From the human T2T-CHM13v2.0 reference genome, Homo sapiens: DNA of 64,000 nucleotides. The translations under genes and the position numbers were made by a program. The stretch lies in the NCBI RefSeq assembly GCF_009914755.1, contig NC_060926.1; one strand, given 5' to 3'. Shown here in pieces: positions 12,961 to 24,770 of the stretch (position 1 is its first letter; every line of letters starts with the position of its first letter). The notes below the pieces were generated by a model. That model had not been told where the DNA came from, made no database searches, and saw only the letters and a list, made by a program, of their open reading frames with translations.

Positions 12961-14349
12961 GCCAGGATGGCTGCAGGCTTGATGTTCACCGATGCAGGCA
13001 GCAAAGGTGCTTAGCATGGAAGAACTCCTCAAAGGGACTCGAGCTCCTCACTGCTGGGTGTGCTGAGGTCAGAAGGAAGATGCCCCCCCGAGAGAGGGAT
13101 CAGCGGGACCCAGGCAGAGCCCTGGCTTGGACAGGCCCTGTCCTGAGACAGAGAGCAGGGGCTTTGCGACAATGAACAGGAATCGGGGTCCTGGGTATAT
13201 GATGATGGTTAAGAACAACAGCTTTGCAACTGGACAGCCCTGGATTTGAAACCTGGAATCACCACCTATCAGAGGGCAGTTTGTTTCAATTCTTTGAGCT
13301 GTAAGAGCTTGTTTGTTAAGCCCACAGCAGGAATGCATAACCTGGCCATGTGTGAGGATCTGATCTTAGGACTGCGGAGCCCCGGCTGGAAGAGGCAGCC
13401 TGTGCTGAACGCAGAGATGGGTCAGGGCCACACAGGAGGCTGCTGTCCACCCCTCCTGCCCTGAAGCCTGGCGGGGGGGTCTGTGCCTTCCCGTGGAAGT
13501 GGGCTCAGAGGTGGAGATGGCATGTGTCCTGTCCTCAGAGCTCAGTGGGAGACATAGATGTAGACAAAGGATGCACAGGAGATGATGCCTGGGAGTATGG
13601 GGACACTGAGATGGCTGGTGGGATGCACGGCTGGAGGGACCAGGCCTGGATGGAGGAGGGGATGGGGCTGGAGGGCCTGGGTGGAGGAGGGCAGGGGGTA
13701 GGTGCACTGTTGAGTCAGAAGCCGGAGCAGAGATGGCTTGGACTACACGGGGAGGAGCAGGGTCTTCAGAAGGACAGGGTGGGGTCTAACGTGCAGGTAC
13801 ATGTTGAGGGTGGGGATCCCGGGGGACAGTGGCGTTGGAGATGTGGGGGCGGGGCTGCTCTCTGAATGGGTTTCATACTTCTGATTTTATTAAAGAAATA
13901 TAAGACATTGAATTCTGCATTCCTAAGCACAATTATCTTAAGAATCAGCGAGTCATACTTTCCATATGTTTTCAACACCTCTAGCGTGTCTTAAACAGCG
14001 TTAACAAGTCTGGGACTCTCCGTGGCCCGAAGCACTTTCACCAGAGGGGTCCGTGATGGAGCTCCTTGGGTTCTAGGTTTTCCTTGAGACCTCCTAACTT
14101 TTTTCCATTTCCTTTTCTGCCTGCTGCCTTCTGTCTGTCAGCCATGACCCAGACCTCAGGTGCATTCTGATGGCTCTCCCTACGGAGGTCGACCCAGGGG
14201 CCACCCCCCACCCACCCCCACCCTGCCCCACGTCCCTCCTCCACGTCAGGGGGATGATGAATTCAGCCATGTGCAACATCGTGGGCATCCTTAAAGCAAA
14301 TTGCAGTGGAGGGTGAATTACAGTGCTTGGGGAATCCCTGAGCAAAGCC

Positions 14350-14717
14350 AGTAGGCCTCACACATGATCTAAATCTTGCTTGATTTGCAAACAGAAGAGA
14401 AACTTAACTGGAGATTTTTTTTTTTTTTTTTGCAAATGCCTGGATTAAAGAAAAATGAAATATAAGCCCGACCATTCCGAAACTGCCAACTAACCTGTTT
14501 AACTAGGAACCTTCCAGCAGGACAGACCAAATAATGCGAAACTGAAGCCAGTCAAAGCTTTTCTCCAATGACGTCTACATCCACCTGCAAAGCCTGCCCC
14601 TGGGTCCTGCAGTAGAGCCTGAACCTTTCTTTGGTTTGATGCTTCCTGATTCATAAATCATGATCACTCAAAAAAAACTCTTTAAAAAATGTATTGTGCC
14701 TAAGTTTACATTTTAAC
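14350..14717 (+). mobile_element. ERV1 LTR fragment (MER34/MER39-like)
   Basis: Ends AAACTCTTTAAAAAATGTATTGTGCCTAAGTTTACATTTTAACA, typical of MER4-group LTR 3' ends. Subfamily uncertain. Confidence 0.5.
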
Positions 14718-15706
14718 AACCTCAAGACCAGGGCCTCAGCCGGCAGCAGTGAGTTCCTGCTCGGCCCTTCTGAAAGGCCCTGCTGCTGTCTTGGGCGCCT
14801 CTGCCCCAGCTGCTGGGCGGGCTCCACTGACGCTCCTGGGAGAATCTCTGCTGACCACACAATGACATTGGCACTGGGAGCTGTGATCTGGGGACACTTA
14901 GATCTGAGCTGGTTTCTCTCCTTCTGTGGTAACAGCTACAGTTTTCATTAAGAATTCACAGCATCTGGATCTAAAATCTCCTACGTTCAAGGCTTCACAC
15001 ATTGTATTCCACCAAAAATAAAACATCTGCTCAGAAATCGGTCACTTGTTGTTATAAAAGTGAGCCACAGAGGGCCCCTGACCCTTGGCCCCTGGGTGGT
15101 TTATTTTTTCTCTGCAGGCCTGTTAGTGCCAAAGCCCACCAAGACCAAGCTCAAATTTACTCATGCCCAATTGTGATAAAAATAGCCCAAACAAGCAGAC
15201 TTTTAGCCACTTGGAGCCTACCTCTTTGCATCTTCCACAAAACCTCTCCCAGCATCTCAGGCCGTTGGTAAGATACAGCCTCGTGGTCATCAGACCCCAG
15301 GTCGCTGCTGTCTCTGGAGTTGCCTGCCCAGAGACTCCCCCTCTCCCCCTCACCATGTTGCTGAGTAATGTCACCAGACATGGAGACCCTCTGATGCCCC
15401 ACTGTGAGTTCCTCGCCATCCTCCCCATCTGGGTGGCGGTCCCTCACCTTAGCCTCTGGATGGTCCCCTGCCTTGAGGGATGTCCCCTCTTCTGCACCTG
15501 TGCCCAAGAACCACCCCAAAGGCATGTGTGTGTCTCTGCCTCCCCGATCCTAACTTTTGCCTTGCTCAGCCCTGAGTTCCCAGAGCTTCCCCACACCCAC
15601 TAAATTGCTAAGTTCCCCCCCAGCGGTCTCCTAAGCCGCTTCGGCGTCCCTCTCAGTCACCAGCACCTGGTTCCCCACCCACACCTTCCCATCCTTGTCT
15701 GGGCTG

Positions 15707-15833
15707 GTGCTGCATTTCCAATGTGCTGCGTTTCCACTGTGCTGCGTTTCCAATGTGCTACATTTCCACTGTGCTGCGTTTCCAATGTGCTGCGTTTCCA
15801 CCGTGCTGCGTTTCCACCGTGCTGCATTTCCTG
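15707..15833. repeat. Tandem repeat, 16-bp unit x8
   Basis: GTGCTGCGTTTCCA(AT/CT/CC) repeated. Confidence 0.93.
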
Positions 15834-16124
15834 CATTCCAAAGCGACCTTTGGGTGTTGGCTGCAATGACATCTTTAAGACAAATGTTAGTTGGAATTAA
15901 CTTTTGAAATTCTAAATGTCGAAATGGTGGATTTTAAAACTCATCCATTTCTACTAGTTTTCTTGCTTTATGGTGTGATGTCTGCATGTCACAAGTGGAT
16001 GGCAGGGTTTCTAAGGCTTGTTTTTCCTTTGTTGGTATTTTCCTAATTGCCTAGGACGTATCACATAAAATTACTTAACAAGTAGTGGAAAAGAATGATT
16101 TTTCTTTCACCATTTCACCTGGAC

Positions 16125-16970
16125 ATTTTGTTTGTATGGTGTAGTCGGTGCCGCAGGAGCTACCTTGTTGAAAGAGAAGGGGGCAGGCTGCTTCTCCTTT
16201 GTGTGGTGTAGCTAATGCCACACCTGTACTTCTTGTTTGTATGAAGTGGTCAGTGCCACAGGAGCTACCACTTTAGAAGGGAATGGAGCAGGCTGCTTCT
16301 TGTTTATATGGTGTAGTCAGTGCCGCAGGAGGCACTATGTTGGAAGAGAATGGGCAGGCTTCTTCCTGTTTGTATGATCTAGTCAGTGCCGCAGGACGTA
16401 CTATGTTGTAAGTGAATGGAGCAGGCTCATTCCTGTTTTTATGGTGTAGTCATTGCCGCAGGAGGTACTACGTTGGAAGCAAGTAGGGCAGGGTCCTTCT
16501 TGTTTCCATGGTGTAGTCAGTGCCGCAGGAGGCACTACGTTGGAAGGGAACAGGGCAGGGTCCTTCTTGTTTGTATGATCTAGTCATTGCCACAGGAGGC
16601 ACTATGTTGGAAGGGAATAGGGCAGGGTCCTTCTTGTTTCCATGGTGTAGTCAGTGCCACAGGAGGCACTATGTTGGAAGGGAACAGGGCAGGGTCCTTC
16701 TTGTTTGTATGATCTAGTCATTGCTGCAGGAGCTACCAGTTGTAAATGAATGGAGCAGGCTCCTTCCTGTTTGCATGGTGTAGTGAGTGCCGCAGGAGGC
16801 AGTACGTTGGAAGGGAATAGGGCAGGGTCCTTCTTGTTTGTGTGGTGTAGTCAGTGCCGCAAGAGCTACCGTGTTGGAAGGGAATGGGGCAGACTCCTTC
16901 TTGTTGGTACGGTGTGGCCAATGCTGCAGGACGTACCATGTTGGAAGAGAATGGGGCTTGAGTTTGTTTT
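16125..16970. repeat. Diverged 67-bp minisatellite, ~12-13 copies (array A)
   Basis: Units of TGTTGGAAGGGAATGGGGCAGG(C/G)TCCTTCTTGTTT...TGGTGTAGTCAGTGCCGCAGGAGG; same family as 18785-21070. Confidence 0.9.
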
Positions 16971-17516
16971 GCTTTACACTTTGTCATAAAGGAAATTATC
17001 AGTTCTCTGCATAAGCCCCTATTTTTTAACAAGGGGGTGTGTGTGCATGCACGGCAAGCTGGTCCCTTTAAACATTTTAGAATCTCTAAATATAAAGCTT
17101 AAGATATTAGGAATGCTGTTGATAACTGTGCATTTGGGGTGAAGGTGTTTTGGTAGTATCATTTAAAGGATTTCCAGCTTCTTTCTGTTTCTGTTACCAA
17201 CCTGTGGAGACCTCTTCATCATCCTGGACTCAGATCAGGGTCCTCGACTCTGCTGCGCTCCCAGCCAGCTGAGGCTGTTGTTCCTCACCTGTGTGTTTTT
17301 ATAGAAGTCTAGGAGCTGGGGGGTAGGAGGTGGGTGTGGGCAGGGGTCACGTCACTTGCAGGTTGCCTTTGCTAGAAGCAGTCACATTGGCTGAGAACAG
17401 AATCCCCAGGGCCTGAGGATGTCCTGCAGAAATTTGGGTTTTAGTGTGTAGCTTGGCATCAGCCTAGAGATAAGACAAATTCTATTTTAAAAATCAAGTG
17501 CTCCATGGCGGGATGG

Positions 17517-17854
17517 TGATATAGTTGGCTGTGTCCCCACCCAAATCTCATTTGAATTCCCACATGTTGTGGGAGGGACCAGGTGGGAGGTAATTGAATC
17601 ATGGGGGCAGGTCTTTCCTGTGATGTTCTCGTGATAGTGAATAAGTCTCACGAGATTTGACAGCTTTATAAGGGGAAGTTCCCCTGCACAAGCTCTCTTT
17701 CTGCCTGCCGCCATCCATGTAAGACATGACCTGCTCCTCCTTGCCTTCCACCATGATTGTGAGGCCTCCACGTGGAATCGTAAGTCCATTAAACCTCCTT
17801 TTCTTCTCAGACTCAGGTATGTCTTTATCAGCAGCATGAAAACAGACTAATACA
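17517..17854 (+). mobile_element. THE1 (THE1A/B) solo LTR
   Basis: TGATATAGTTGGCTGTGTCCCCACCCAAATCTC...GAAAACAGACTAATACA with a perfect 5-bp TSD GATGG (17512-17516, 17855-17859). Confidence 0.93.
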
Positions 17855-18274
17855 GATGGAGTAGGGGAGGGCTACTGAAGAAATGAAGCCTCTCAGCTAC
17901 TGGAAATAGATGCAATCAGGGTGGAATTACTCACGGACAGTCCTCCAGAGGCAGTGGGGTCATTGTGGAGATCTGTGTGCCACAACAGCCAGAAAACAAA
18001 GGGGCCACGAGCCACTGTTTGCTCTGTGGTCTAAATCAATGGACTATCTTACCACATGCAATGTTAGACAGTGTATTACATATGATTATTCATAAGCAGA
18101 AATACAAATATATATTATATACTGTAAGACAGTATTCATTATATGATAAATATGATGAATTCACCTAGATACTTCATATAGAATTTGCCTTCAGTTTTAG
18201 ATTGATACATGTGATAAGAACTTCTCTGTGTGTTCTTGAGAAAGTGCTCACATTCCCATGCATAATGGAAAGGA

Positions 18275-18470
18275 CATTGTATTTTGAAATAGAAGACGAA
18301 ATTCCAGCCACCACTTTGTCAGTTACAAGCTGCTTAGACTTCATGTCTTGCTTAGTTTCTCAAATTCTCTGCACCTGGAAACTGGCAAAGATAGTGATGC
18401 TCATTTCTAGGGTTGTCATGAGGCTGAAGTGAGACAATGCAGCAGAAATAATTTGTGAGCAATAATGATA
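18275..18470 (+). mobile_element. MIR fragment
   Basis: MIR core-like: TTAGTTTCTC...CTGGAAACTGG...TCTAGGGTTGTCATGAGGCTGAAGTGAGACAATGCA. Confidence 0.55.
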
Positions 18471-18589
18471 CAAAGGTCAGTGATTGATTATGTAAATAAT
18501 GGCCACCTTTGAAGCCCCTTTCTTCAAAGAGTCTGAGTCTTGATTCTTGAAGAGGTGTGATTTTTCTTTGAAAAATTGCATTATTTCTT

Positions 18590-18720
18590 GCTGGGCACGT
18601 TGGCTCACGCCTGTAAAGACAGCACTTTCGGAGGCTGAGGTCGGGGGATCGCTTGAGCCCAGGAGCTCAAGACCAGCCTGGGCAACAAAGCAATACCTCA
18701 TCTCTAAAACAAACAAACAA
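18590..18720 (+). mobile_element. Free left Alu monomer (FLAM)
   Basis: Single Alu arm with A-rich tail; TSD AAAATTG(CA/TG)TTATTTCTT on both sides. Confidence 0.85.
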
Positions 18721-18784
18721 AAAATTGTGTTATTTCTTGAGTTTTGATCTGATGAACTACTGCAGTAAACCACTGTGTCTCACA

Positions 18785-21070
18785 GTGTTGGAAGGGAATG
18801 GAGCCGGCTCCTTCTTGTTGTATGGTGTAGGCAATGCCACAGGAGGTACCGTGTTTGAAGGGAATGGGGCAGGCTCCTTCTTGTTTGTATGATCCAGTCA
18901 TTACTGCAGGAGGCACCGTGTTGGAAGGGAGTGGGGCAGGCTCCTTCTTGTTTGTATGACCCAGTCATTGCTGCAGAAGGTACCATGTTGGAAGGGAATG
19001 GGGCAGGCTCCTTCTTGTTTGTATGATCCAGTCATTGTTGCAGGAGGCACCGTGTTGGAAGGGAATGGGCAGGCTCCTTCTTGTTTGTATGATCCAGTCA
19101 TTGTTGCAGGAGGCAACATGTTGGAAGGGAATGGGGCCGGCGCCTTCTTGTTTGTATGATCCAGTCATTGCTGCAGGAGGCACCATGTTGGAAGGGAAAG
19201 GGCAGGCTCCTTCTTGTTTGTATGATCCAGTCATTGCTGCAGGAGGTACCATGTTGGAAGGGAACGGGGCAGGCTCGTTCTTGTTTGTATGATCCAGTCA
19301 CTGCTGCAGGAGGCACCATGTTGGAAGGGAATGGAGCTGGCTCCTTCTTGTTTGTATGATCCAGTCATTGCTGCGGGAGGCACCATGTTGGAAGAGAATG
19401 GGGCAGGCTCCTTCTTGTTTATATGATCCAGTTATTGCTGCAGGAGGCACCATGTTGGAAGGGAATGGGGCAGGCGCCTTCTTGTTTGTATGATCCAGTC
19501 ATTGCTGCAGGAGGTACCATGTTGGAAGGGAACGGGGCAGGCTCGTTCTTGTTTGTATGATCCAATCACTGCTGCAGGAGGCACCATGTTGGAAGGGAAT
19601 GGAGCTGGCTCCTTCTTGTTTGTATGATCCAGTCATTGCTGCGGGAGGCACCATGTTAGAAGGGAATGGGGCAGGCTCCTTCTTGTTTGTATGATCCAGT
19701 CACTGCTGCGGGAGGCACCATGTTGGAAGGGAATGGGGCAGGCTCCTTCTTGTTTATATGATCCAGTTATTGCTGCAGGAGGCACCATGTTGGAAGGGAA
19801 TGGGGCAGGCGCCTTCTTGTTTGTATGATCCAGTCATTGCTGCAGGAGGTACCATGTTGGAAGGGAACGGGGCAGGCTCGTTCTTGTTTGTATGATCCAA
19901 TCACTGCTGCAGGAGGCACCGTGTTGGAAGGGAATGGAGCTGGCTCCTTCTTGTTTGTATGATCCAGTCATTGCTGCAGGAGGTACCATGTTGGAAGGGA
20001 ATGGAGCTGGCTCCTTCTTGTTTGTATGATGCAGTCATTGCTGCAGGAGGTACTGTGTTGGAAGGGAATGGGGCAGGCTCCTTCTTGTTTGTATGATCCA
20101 GTCATTGCTGCAGGAGGCACCATGTTGGAAGGAAATGGGGCAGGCTCCTTCCTGTTTGTATGATCCAGTCACTGCTGCAGGAGTCACCATGTTGGAAGGG
20201 AATGGGCAGGCTCCTTCTTGTTTGTATGATCCAATCACTGCTGCAGGAGGCACCATGTTGGAAGGGAATGGGCAGGCTCCTTCTTGTTTGTATGATCCAG
20301 TCATTGCTGCAGGAGGCACTGTGTTGGAAGGGAATGGGCAGGCTCCTTCTTGTTTGTATGATCCAGTCATTGCTGCAGGAGGTACCCTGTTGGAAGGTAA
20401 TGGGCAGGCTCCTTCTTGTTTGTATGATCCAGTCATTGCTGCAGGAGGCAACATGCTGGAAGGGAATGGGCAGGCTCCTTCTTGTTTGTATGATCCAGTC
20501 ATTGCTGCAGGAGGTACCATGTTGGAAGGGAATGGGGCAGGCTCCTTCTTGTTTGTATGATCCAGTCATTGCTGCAGGAGGTACCATGTTGGAAGGGAAT
20601 GGGGCAGGCTCCTTGTTTGTATGATCCAGTCATTGCTGCAGGAGGTACCATGTTGGAAGGGAATGGGCAGGCTCCTTCTTGTTTGTATGATCCAGTCATT
20701 GCTGCAGGAGGTACCATGTTGGAAGGGAATGGGGCAGGCTCCTTCTTGTTTGTATGATCCAGTCATTGCTGCAGGAGGTACCATGTTGGAAGGGAATGGG
20801 GCAGGCTCCTTGTTTGTATGATCCAGTCATTGCTGCAGGAGGTACCATGTTGGAAGGGAATGGGCAGGCTCCTTCTTGTTTGTATGATCCAGTCATTGCT
20901 GCAGGAGGTACCATGTTGGAAGGGAATGGGGTAGGCTCCTTCCTGTTTGTATGATCCAGTCACTGCTGCAGGAGGCACCATGTTGGAAGGGAATGGGGCA
21001 GGCTCCTTCCTGTTTGTATGATCCCGTCATTGCTGCAGGAGGTACCATGTTGGATATGGTACCATGTTGG
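18785..21070. repeat. Homogeneous minisatellite, 67-bp unit (64/66-bp variants) x~34 (array B)
   Basis: Unit TGTTGGAAGGGAATGGGGCAGGCTCCTTCTTGTTTGTATGATCCAGTCATTGCTGCAGGAGGTACCA. Confidence 0.97.
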
Positions 21071-21489
21071 ATAAGTGGCACAGTGGATAGAATCCATCGC
21101 CATAGTGACCATGAGTGGATTCCTGCTATTAAATTGGGGTACGACTTATGCAGGGCTTGGGGGTGAATCTGGAGGCACAGGTGGCCGAGTCTTCCATGGG
21201 CCTGCACCCCCAGATGAGAAGCCCCCAGGTGCAGATCGAGAACTGTACACCCCAGAGGGCTGCCTTCTGGCCCCTCCTAGGTTTTGACATCTCCCCAGAG
21301 GTGACCATTGCTTTGATCTTCATCACCATAGTTAGTTTTCCCTGACCTGGCTTTTATAGGAAGGAAGTTAGATGGTAACCCCTGGGCCTGGCTTCTCCAC
21401 CTCCAGGATTTATTTGCTCCTGCCTTGCTGAGGGAGACACTCTTCGTTACAGGGCAGGCATGGGCGCCTCTCTGCTGAGCACTGGTCAA

Positions 21490-22080
21490 TGCTTCCAAGT
21501 GGCTGCTCCAATCTGCATTCCCAGGAGCAAAGTGTAAGAGCCCCACAGCCCTCACCAATCCCCGTCACTGTGATCCCTTTCATTTTGGCCCTTCTTGAGG
21601 GGAGGGTGGCATTTCCTGTGGTTTAACTTCACATTTTCCTGGTGACTAATTGTCTTGAGCACTTTTAAAATACATTCATTGGCCATTTGGAGACTCTTTT
21701 TCGGGATGTGCCAGTTCAAACATTTTTCCCATTTTTTAATGAATCTTTTTTGATTTATAGATGCTCATATTTTCTAAATATGTCTTCAGTGAGAAATATG
21801 TTTTACAAATGTCTTCTCCCAGCTGAGATTGGCCTTTTCACTCTCCATGCTGTCTTTTGAAGAAACGTTGTTCATATTTTTAATGAAGTCCCCTTTATCA
21901 ATTACTTATTTCATGGAAAGAAAACTTTTTTGTTATGTTTAAGAATCTTGCTTTCTCTGAAGAATGTGAAGGTATTTTTCTTGTGTTTTCTGCTGAAAAT
22001 GTTATTGTTTTACATGTCACATTTAGATCTGTGACCCATCTCATTTTATGTTTTCTGCAACATATGAGGTGGCAACCATG
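21490..22080 (-). mobile_element. Old L1M ORF2 fragment
   Basis: Antisense L1 text: TGTGGTTTAACTTCACATTTTCCTGGTGACTAAT...TTGAGCACTTTT...CATTGGCCATTTG...CACATTTAGATCTGTGACCCATCT. Confidence 0.6.
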
Positions 22081-22114
22081 AGGGGTGTGTGTGTGTGTAT
22101 GTGTGTGTGTGTAT

Positions 22115-22712
22115 TGTAAACCAAAAATAAAATTCTAAGTCTTGCGATCATCTGAATTGACCCCTCCTGTTGGCAAGGGTGTTCCAAAGCTAACCTGAAA
22201 AACTAATCTGACCGTGATGGGGAGAGTGAGGTCAGACGTGCCTCATGACACCCTCCTCCCTTTTGGAATTTCTGCTAGAACAGACTTCTTAACTCTGAGA
22301 AGAAACATTTACAGTCTCTTCTCTCAGAAGCCTGCTGCCTGGAGACTTCACCTGCACGATGAAACCTTGGTCTCCACAACCTGTGTCTTAACCCAGACAG
22401 TCTTAAGTCCTTAGACGATAACTTTACTCTTTCAAAAAATTGCCACTCAGAAAATTTTTGAATCTACCTTTGGCCTAGAAGCCCCCGCTTCCAGATGTCC
22501 TGCCTTTTTGTACTGAACCAGTGTACATCTTACATGTATTTGATTGATGTCTTGTGTCTCCCTAAAATATATGAAACTAAGCTGTGCCTCAACCACCTTG
22601 GACACAAGTTCTCAGGATCTCCTGAGGGCTGAATCATTGGCCATTGGTCACTCATATCTGGCTCAGAATAAATCTCTTCAACTATTTTACAGAGCTTGAC
22701 TCTTCACTGACA
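22115..22712 (+). mobile_element. MER4-group (MER4B-like) ERV1 solo LTR, ~598 bp
   Basis: TG...CA termini, AATAAA near the 3' end, 4-bp flanks GTAT/ATAT. Inserted in a (TG/TA) low-complexity tract. Confidence 0.85.
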
Positions 22713-24727
22713 ATATCTATAAGTGTTTGTGTATATATAGAGGCATGTATATATAGGTAGATTTGTATGTGTGTGTGTATATATCTATAATAAACACAGG
22801 TCTATATAGAGGGGTGTGCGTGTATGTATGTATAGATATGTGTGTGTGAAAGCATGTGTATATGATATTTATTCAGAACCATCCTTTACCCAGTGAACTG
22901 CACCCATGCCTATATCATGAATCGAGTAGCCACATGTGTGTGGGCGAGGACTGCTAGACTCTTACCATTATGTACACAATTATGAGAGAGAGGGAGAGAA
23001 CCTGAGTTAAACAATTAGCCACACTTCTCTTTAAGCCTACTGAGAAAAAGACACAGGGACCCAGCAGACATCAGAACACCTTGTTGGGGCAGCTCGCACT
23101 GGGGCGCAGGTGGCAGAAGCCTCACGGGATTCTGTACAGCAGGAAGAGAGGCCGGCTTCAGCCCCTCCTGCCTGACAGCACAGGGGTCCTGCCTGGCCTG
23201 GGAGGAGCCGGGATTGGAGGCAGGGGCTGCTCCTGCCTCCAGAGGTTTCCAGGAGACTGCATGTTGTGCCCTGCCGGCATCCACACATTTGTGTAGTACC
23301 CACTCCCAGACAAGGACACTCATAGACTTCCTCCGGCCTCGCGTGGGAGCCGAGCCTGTGGTCTGCATCTCGCTGTGCTCCACGCAGCTCCTGCATGCAG
23401 CTCCTGCACGCATCGGCTGGGCTCGCAGATGTCAGGTCTGCCTCCTTTCCTCTTCCCTGAGCCTCTGCCGAGCCCTCCCGACCCGAGGGTCGGCTGCTCC
23501 CTTCCCCGCCTGAGTCACTTCCGTGACTCTCTTCATCCTCAGAGCCATCCCCTTCCTCATCTGTAATGTGGGAAGAACACCCACCTCGCAGGGTTGTTTC
23601 TGGTTGAAAGGCAGCACTTGTCAGGCTCCTTGCACGCTGTCCACAGCCGGCCATCGTAAGAGTTACGGCGACTGTCACCTCTCAGCCACTCCTCGGCATC
23701 GGACCTCTTGGCTCCTGGCCATGGCATTGACCACAGAATGTCATAAACAGCCCAGTGTGTTTTTCCACGAGAGCAGTGGTCGGAGGCTCCTGCAGGTAAA
23801 TGGCTGGAGATTGATTGACATGGGAATATCACGGCATCACAGAATCAGAGCACATTTGTTCACGGTGCAGGAATAACATCAAGTGAGTGGTGAGCTCTAA
23901 AGGACCTGGCCCTCGAGGTAGCTCACACCCTCGATGATGGATGGAGCCAGGCCACAGGTGAAATTTCCATCCAGGCGGGACAGACTCAAGCCGGGACTGG
24001 GTTCCCCTGACGCCCGGCTTCCCAAATGTGCTTCCCTCCCGGATGCACAGAGAACGAACGTGGCATGGACATTGTGAGCTGCAGGAAGCGATCCCACCAG
24101 GGATCAAAAAGCCAACTTCCTCCAGCGGCCATTCTGCACTAAGCCTCTTTCGTGGAGTTCACGTTCTGTCCAATACAGCCTTAAAGCCCATGAACAATTC
24201 TGGGGGAGACGATCAGGTCTGAAAGGAAAATTCCATATGGGTATTTAAGTTATTGGAAGAACCCTTAAGATCTACCTGGGTTTAACATAGAATTTGCTAT
24301 ATGTAACTTGGTATATCATTCTCTATAGTCATTTGCCTAAAAATCATCAAAAGTATAAATTCAATGTTGCATCTCCCATCCAGATATTTTGTGTTAAAAA
24401 CACCTCATATCTGATGTCTGACAGCTATTTTCTTTTTTTCAATGTATTTGCCTTGAATTCACATTCGTAGTCACCTTTTTTCCCTCTCACTTTGTTTTTC
24501 ATTTGCATTTTTACCTAATTCATGAAATTATCCAGCAGGGAGAGACCTGATGGAGTTTTGCTGGAATGAAGCTCCTTGACACAATCGTCTCCTTTTTAGA
24601 AGTGCCTGTAGATTGAAAGTTCAATTGGTCAAAACAGTTTGCTAAAGAACAAATGTGTGTCTATTAAGAGTTTAAGTTGCACTTGTAAATCCACCAATGG
24701 CACTAAGATATCATTTAGCAATATTGA

Positions 24728-24770
24728 CACTTGAAGTGATAAAAAAACAGAAAATACCTTTGACGTCAAA
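24728..24770. promoter_or_regulatory. Candidate enhancer motifs: CACTT-G-AAGTG (inverted NKX2 cores) plus full CRE
   Basis: CACTTGAAGTG at 24728-24738; TTTGACGTCAAA 12-bp palindrome at 24759-24770. Confidence 0.3.

Noticed and set aside
18700-21207. Many similar 66-161-aa ORFs and a CRISPR-like periodic appearance
   Set aside because: Head-to-tail VNTR units with no unique spacers and no cas genes, in a primate intron.
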